Origin: the human T2T-CHM13v2.0 reference genome, Homo sapiens
Assembly: GCF_009914755.1 (NCBI RefSeq)
Contig: NC_060936.1
Length of the DNA stretch: 64,000 bases
Strand: one strand, 5' to 3'
In this document: positions 56,491 through 64,000 of the stretch, one piece after another
How the letters are laid out: every line of letters begins with the position of its first letter
Numbering within the stretch: position 1 is the first letter of the stretch
Position numbers and translations under genes: made by a program
Notes under the pieces: generated by a model
Told to the model about the DNA's origin: nothing
What the model saw: the letters and a program-made list of their open reading frames with translations, nothing else
The model's database searches: none

Positions 56491-56973
56491 AATGTCATTA
56501 GTGTTTGAGGAAGGAGAGAAAAAAATAGAAACTTCAGACATACATTTGTTCAGTGCAAAACATTGTAAAATATACAGGGAAAAGTACTTTGAAATACATT
56601 CTAACTCAATCATAATGGTTGTGTGACTTTGGACAAGTTAATTTGTTTCTCTAGTTTCAGTTCCCTCATCAGCAATATGAGGAAAACTGGGTTTTTCTAA
56701 CATCATTGATGAATTTGACCGTGTATGTGCTGTATCGTATTGGCTTGACCCAGGTCCCATCAGGTTCTCCCACTGCCCTGGCTGCAGGTCTCAGCAGTTC
56801 GAGCTGTAAGAGGAGTAGCAGTGGCCTCCTCACCATCAAGATACCCGAGAGGAGGGCAATTCAGCCCAAGACACAGTGAAGGAAGATCCCAAGAGGAGAT
56901 GGGTGAGGTTGTCAGATAAACCTGCTCCTGCAACAGTAAAAACGAAAACAAAAAAGGCAGTGGGAAAGGATAA

Positions 56974-57783
<810 letters not shown>

Positions 57784-57890
57784 TAATAGAAAGCATACTA
57801 CATGGCAATATGGAGTCACAGTCCCGCACTTAATGTCTTGAACATTTTTAATCCTATTCCCGTGTTGTTTTTTAGTAGAATTGTTTCCTA

Positions 57891-58230
<340 letters not shown>

Positions 58231-58610
58231 TCAAAACCACATGTGCTCTGTAGCATCTTTGGTTGTGGTGGTCCTGTTTTCCTAGGAACTTTGTTAATGT
58301 GCTGTGAAAGATTGAAAATTTCAGTACGTAGTGTCTATGATATAAAATTGTTCATTGATGGTACTTACGTAACAGGTTATCCACATTTGAAGACACTGGC
58401 ATTTGATATCTTAAGGAAATTTGGCCTTCAAATTTCAAGCGGCAAAGTCATGAGAATATCTGTTTTTAACGCTTACAATACATGGCTTTTTAGATTTTTG
58501 GTACAAAATTGTGTACAAATTGTGTGCAAAATTGTGAAATGTCTGTGTACGTACTGATCCCCAACACAACCAATAAAATCTCAATTAGAGAAAAAGAATT
58601 GCTTGATCCA

Positions 58611-58875
58611 ACCTGCCCTGGCCTCTTGGCAGCTTGCCAAAGTGACAGCCCCCTGCCACTGCAGTTGCTTCCTCTCCTCATGCCACTCGCTGAGCTTCCA
58701 CACAGCTGCGTTGTTTCTGCCCCAGCAGGAGCCTTGGCTGCTCAGGCGCCCAAGTTCTACCCGACCGGACCCAGCTGTTGGCTTCCCCAGCAGCTGCTGG
58801 GGAAAAGTGGGCGACGGGGGCGGGTGGGGAGGCAAATAACACCCTGGAGGTCTGGGAAATTTAAAAATAATTAGA
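58611..58875. promoter_or_regulatory. Candidate enhancer module (NFI, 3x CAGCTG E-box, GC box, MEF2)
   Basis: TTGGCAGCTTGCCAA 58626-58640; CAGCTG at 58703, 58772, 58791; GGGGCGGG; TTAAAAATAA 58861-58870. Confidence 0.55.
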
Positions 58876-59449
58876 TGGTCAAGTTCTTCTGCTCTGAAAA
58901 TTTTTAAAAAGCAAGAAATAAAGAAAGAGAAAAAAAATCGTTAAATTTTGTCCAATGAAAAGCACAAAATAAGAAGCCACTGACGAATAAATCACTTACT
59001 TTTCCACCTTTCCAAACCTAATGGTCTGTTCTGGGTCTCAATGGATCTATGCAGCCTCTCAGGAGATGCCTTGTATGATGGGCTTGGCTGTGTCTTTGTG
59101 AAATAGTGATCTGCAGGATAAGAAAGATGCCACCTTATGTTTGCCTACCCTCCCTCCCTGCTTGAATTCCCTCCTTCCTTCTTCCTTCACTCTTGCTGCC
59201 CTGGAATTCCACTCCAAATAAAGTGTTAACGTATAAACTTTGTTTCAGACTCGTTGTTGTTGTTGTTGTTGTTGTTGTTAGTTTTTAGGGTTTTATACAC
59301 AATTCAAGGACAAAAGGAGTACCATGAAGATCAAAGGAAATAGCGTTGGGAAAGCCATTTGTAAGTGTTAAAGTAAAACTTATGCGCATAAAAAGTCCAC
59401 ATGATCTTGAACAAGAAAATAGAGCGGTATAAAATGGCGTGACTGGCAG

Positions 59450-60200
59450 TGCTGCTGAGATGTCAAGCGATTATGGTACAGAAAGAAAGAAGCACTTAAC
59501 TCAGCTGGGGGGTGAAGATGGGAGTAGAAGAGGGAGAAGCTCCAAATAAAAGAGGGCCTTTAGAATAGAGACAGCGCCTAGGCAGACGAGAGAAGGGTAT
59601 TTCAGGCACAGGCAGAGATGTGACATTCCAGGTGCCTAAGAAAGCCTGCCCCAGGAAATTCAGGAAGGAACAGAGTCCGAAGAACAGGTAGAGTCAGACC
59701 ATGAAGTACGCTGCCCACCACACTTGAGAGCTCGGACTTTTTTTCCTCGAGGCCATGAGTATTGCAGAGGAATGACGCTGTCGAGGGTTACTTTATAAAT
59801 AGATCGCCCAGACACTGGTGTGGAGGGCGAAGAGCAGAGAGTGAGCCCAGAAGTAGGAGAACAATCAGGAGGCCATTGCATCAGTACCGGAAATGAAGGT
59901 GGAGGGCTGATCCAAGGCAGTGGCTGTGGCAATGTAAAGGAGAGGCAGACTGAAGGTGTGTCTAGGAAGTAAAATCAATTTTCCTGAATGCGGAGGGCCA
60001 AGCAAGGAAAAGTCATCTAAGAAGGCTTCAGATTTCAGGTGTGAGCAGTTTAAGATGGACAGTAGTGCCACCCATCTGGATCAAAAATAAAGGAAGAGGA
60101 GCAGAGATTTGCTTACTTTTGGTGCCCAGGAATGGAGTAGTGTGCTGAATTTTAGCAGTCTAATAGACAATAAGCCAACGAAAATGTATATCTCCAATTC
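59450..60200. mobile_element. L2 fragments
   Basis: Purine-rich L2-like motifs (GGAGGCCATTGCA.CAGT.C.GG..ATGA.GGTGG..GGCTG). Confidence 0.55.
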
Positions 60201-60216
60201 AGTTAAGAATTTCTGC

Positions 60217-60522
<306 letters not shown>

Positions 60523-60869
60523 CTAGATTTTGGAAATTACCTCTGAAAAGTGTACGGAGTTACAAAAGTATGAAGGAGAAAATTTTAAAATATCAACAAT
60601 TGAGGGATAAACCAAGACCAGAAACCACTAACAACAGAAAAAGGGAAGGAGCCATCTAAATGGGAGAAGAGTAACCGAAAAGACTAGTATTCGAGGTGAA
60701 GAGATAAGAGAGTAAAGTATATGTGAGTAGTCAACAGATACGTCCAGTAAAATAAGAGCTAAAAAGTACACATTGACAGCAACTGGGAAGCCATTGCTTA
60801 TCTTAGCAAAAGTTGTTTTAGTGGGGTGGGGAAAGTGGGAAAGTGCCAGCAGTTTGTGGAAAAGTAAGT

Positions 60870-61640
60870 GGGAAACCCTCATTCATTGCTGGTGGGAGTG
60901 CAAAATCGTACAGCCACTTTGGAAGACAGTTTGCCAGTTTCTTATAATATTAAACTTACTCTTACCATATGATCCAGCAATTGTGTTCCTTGGTATTTAC
61001 CCAAATGAGTTTAAAATTTATGTCCACATAAAAACCTGAATATGAATGTGTATAGCAGCTTTGTTCACAATTGTCAAAACTTGGAAAGAACCAAGACGTC
61101 CTTCGGTAGGTGAGTGAATAAATAAGCTGTGGAACATCCAGACAATGGAATATTATTCAGTGCTAAAATGAGATGAGCTATCAAGCCATAAAAAGACACG
61201 GAGGAAACTTAAATGCATCGACTTAGCAAAATAAGCCGATTTCAAAAGTTTACATGCTGTATGATTCCAATTATATGACACTCTGGAAAAGGCAAAACTA
61301 TGGAGAATAAAAGAATCAGTGGTTGCTAGGAGTTAGGAGGAAAGGATGAACAGGCAGAGGATTTCTAGGAAGCAAAACTATTCGGTATGATACTATAATG
61401 GTGGATGCATGTCATCATGCATTTGTCAAAACCCACACAATGTACAACGCTAAGAATGAACCCTAATGTAAACTCTGGACTTGGAGTGATAATGACATGC
61501 CAATGTAGGTTCATTGTTTGTAATGAATGTACCACTCTGGTGAAGGATTTTGATAGTGGGGGAGTCTATACATATGTGGGGGCAAGAGGTATATGGGAAA
61601 TCTCTGTGTGTTCTGCTGAATTTTGCTGTGAACTTTATGT
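60870..61640 (+). mobile_element. L1MC-type 3' end
   Basis: CATTGCTGGTGGGAGTGCAAAAT...CAGCCACTTTGGAAGACAG and AACCCTAATGTAAACT.TGGACTT. Confidence 0.85.
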
Positions 61641-61664
61641 TCTGAAAAAATAAAGTCTATGTTT

Positions 61665-62290
61665 TTTGTTGTTGTTGTTGTTGTTTTTGTTTTTGTTTTT
61701 GAGACAGGGTCTCACTCTGTCACCCAGGCCGGAGTGCAGCGGTGCAGTCACGACTCACTGTAGCCTCTACCTCCTGGGCTCAAGTGATCCTCCCACTTCA
61801 GTCTCCCAAGTAGTTGGAACTACAGGCACATGTCACCACACCCAGCTAATTTGTTTTTTGTTTTTTGTTTTTTTTTTTGAGGTGGAGTCTCACTCTGTCG
61901 CCCAGGCTGGAGTGCAGTGATGCAATCTCAGCTCACTGCAAGCTCCGCCTCCCGGGTTCACGCCATTCTCCTGCTCAGCTTCCCGAGTAGCTGGGACTAC
62001 AGGCGCCCGCCACCACACCTGGCTAATTTTTTGTATTTTTAGTAGAGACGGGGTTTCACCGTGTTAACCAGGATGGTCTCGATCTCCTGACCTCGTGATC
62101 CGCCCACCTTGGCCTCACAAAGTGCTGGGATTACAGGCGTGAGCCACCGCACCCGGCCTAATTTGTTTTTTGTAGAGACAGGGTCTCGCTATGTTGCCCA
62201 GGCTGGTCTCAAACTCCTGGGCTCAAGCTATCCTCTTGCCATGGCCTCCCAAAGAGCTGAGATTACAGGTGTGAGCCACTGTGCCCAGCC
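61665..62290 (-). mobile_element. AluJ with AluY nested in its middle A-rich linker
   Basis: AluY at ~61861-62158; TSD CTAATTTGTTTTTTG. Confidence 0.92.
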
Positions 62291-62565
62291 TAAAGTATTG
62301 TTTTAAGTAGATGAGAGATGATAAGGAGGTGGAGATAATAAACATATAAAATTTTAAGCCATGTGGGTGTTAAAAGATGAAAATCTCTCAATTAGTCTAT
62401 AATGGCACTTAAATGCACATAAACTCCAGAAGGAAACCAAAACTAGTACTAGGGATGATGAGTGAGGAATGGAAGAAGGATAGATGAGGATACTGGAATA
62501 GAAGAATAAGGAGGGAACTTTTCACTATACAACTTTTTATACCTCTTGATTTTAAAACCATGTGT

Positions 62566-62957
<392 letters not shown>

Positions 62958-63024
62958 TGAATTTATCAATTACTCAAAAATCTAAATAAAACACCTATTA
63001 TATGCCAGAACATTTTTTTCTTCC

Positions 63025-63304
63025 TTTTTTTATTTTTTAATTTTACTTTAAGTTCTGGGATACATGTGCAGAACGTGCAGGTTTGTTACATAGGTATACG
63101 TGTACCATGGTGGTTTGCTGCACATATTGACCCATCCTATAAGTTCCCTCCCCCCACTCCCCACCCCTCAACAGGCCCTGGTATGTGATGTTCCCCTCCC
63201 TGTGTCCATGTGTTCTCAATTTTTCAACTCCCATTTATGAGTGAGAACATGCAGTGTTTGGTTTTCTTTTCCTGTGTTAATTTGCTGAGGATGACGGCTT
63301 CCAG

Positions 63305-63338
<34 letters not shown>

Positions 63339-63618
63339 GACACTGAGTCTCACCATGTTGCCCAGGCTGGAGTGCAGGGACACACTCTTATCTCACTGCA
63401 ACCTCCGCCTCCTGGGTTCAAGCAGTTCTCCTGCCTCAGCCTACTGAGTAGCTGAGAGTACAGGTGCGCCACCACGCCCAGATAATTTTTTTGTATTTTT
63501 AGTAGAGACAAGGTTTTGCCATGTTGGCTAGGCTGGTCTTGAACTCCTGGCCTCAGGTGATCCACCCGTCTCAACATCCCAAAGTGCTGGGATTACAAGC
63601 GTGAGCCACCATGCCCAG
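63025..63618 (-). mobile_element. L1PA 3' end fragment followed by AluS
   Basis: AAGTTCTGGGATACATGTGCAGAACGTGCAGG is the L1 3' end; reverse Alu at 63315-63618. Confidence 0.9.
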
Positions 63619-64000
63619 CTTGATAAACATTTCTTGATGTCTTGAGGAAGACTGGCAAACCCCCCAAGGAACCAAAACAGAGATAGAGGCTTGTAGGATC
63701 TGAGATTATGACCTGGAAATCCCTAATAGCTTTGAATGCTGATGAGATTGGCCTCATGAATACCAAAGATCTTGTGGAGAAAAAATAAAAAATCAGAAGG
63801 AAGAGCTACCATAATTGCTGAAATCCCAGGGAGCCGGGAGTAGAATGAATGAGAAATAATAGAGTTCAAAAACATTCTCTCAGTTAAGACTCAGCTAATA
63901 AGGTAGAAGGTAAAAAAGCATTTTTGTTATTATCCCAAACACCCAAGCTTAGTTGATTCTCTTTAAAAAATGCATACCAATTTCACTATGAAAAACCTGG

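Overview
Primate, almost certainly human, non-coding DNA dominated by retroelements. It holds about 45 Alus, nested L1s of several ages, a full-length THE1 MaLR, several solo LTRs, MIR/L2 relics, a full-length young SVA and an HMGN1 processed pseudogene. No intact protein-coding gene is supported, and nearly all listed ORFs come from repeats. The most notable structures are: (1) an L1HS-Ta insertion with a 90-bp 3' transduction, nested in the tail of an older L1PA that itself sits in an L1M; (2) an SVA inserted into the tail of a near-consensus AluY, with two overlapping target-site duplication (TSD) pairs; (3) a ~515-bp tail-less local copy of unique sequence from 2.5 kb away, partly inverted and inserted into an MST LTR; (4) a dense NFI/E-box/GC-box/MEF2 enhancer-like module containing a perfect 22-bp palindrome; (5) a 1.35-kb TA/CA-rich compound VNTR. 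Weak splice and polyA signals hint at a minus-strand spliced transcript, possibly a lncRNA. Repeat family and subfamily names come from my recall of consensus sequences, not from a database search.
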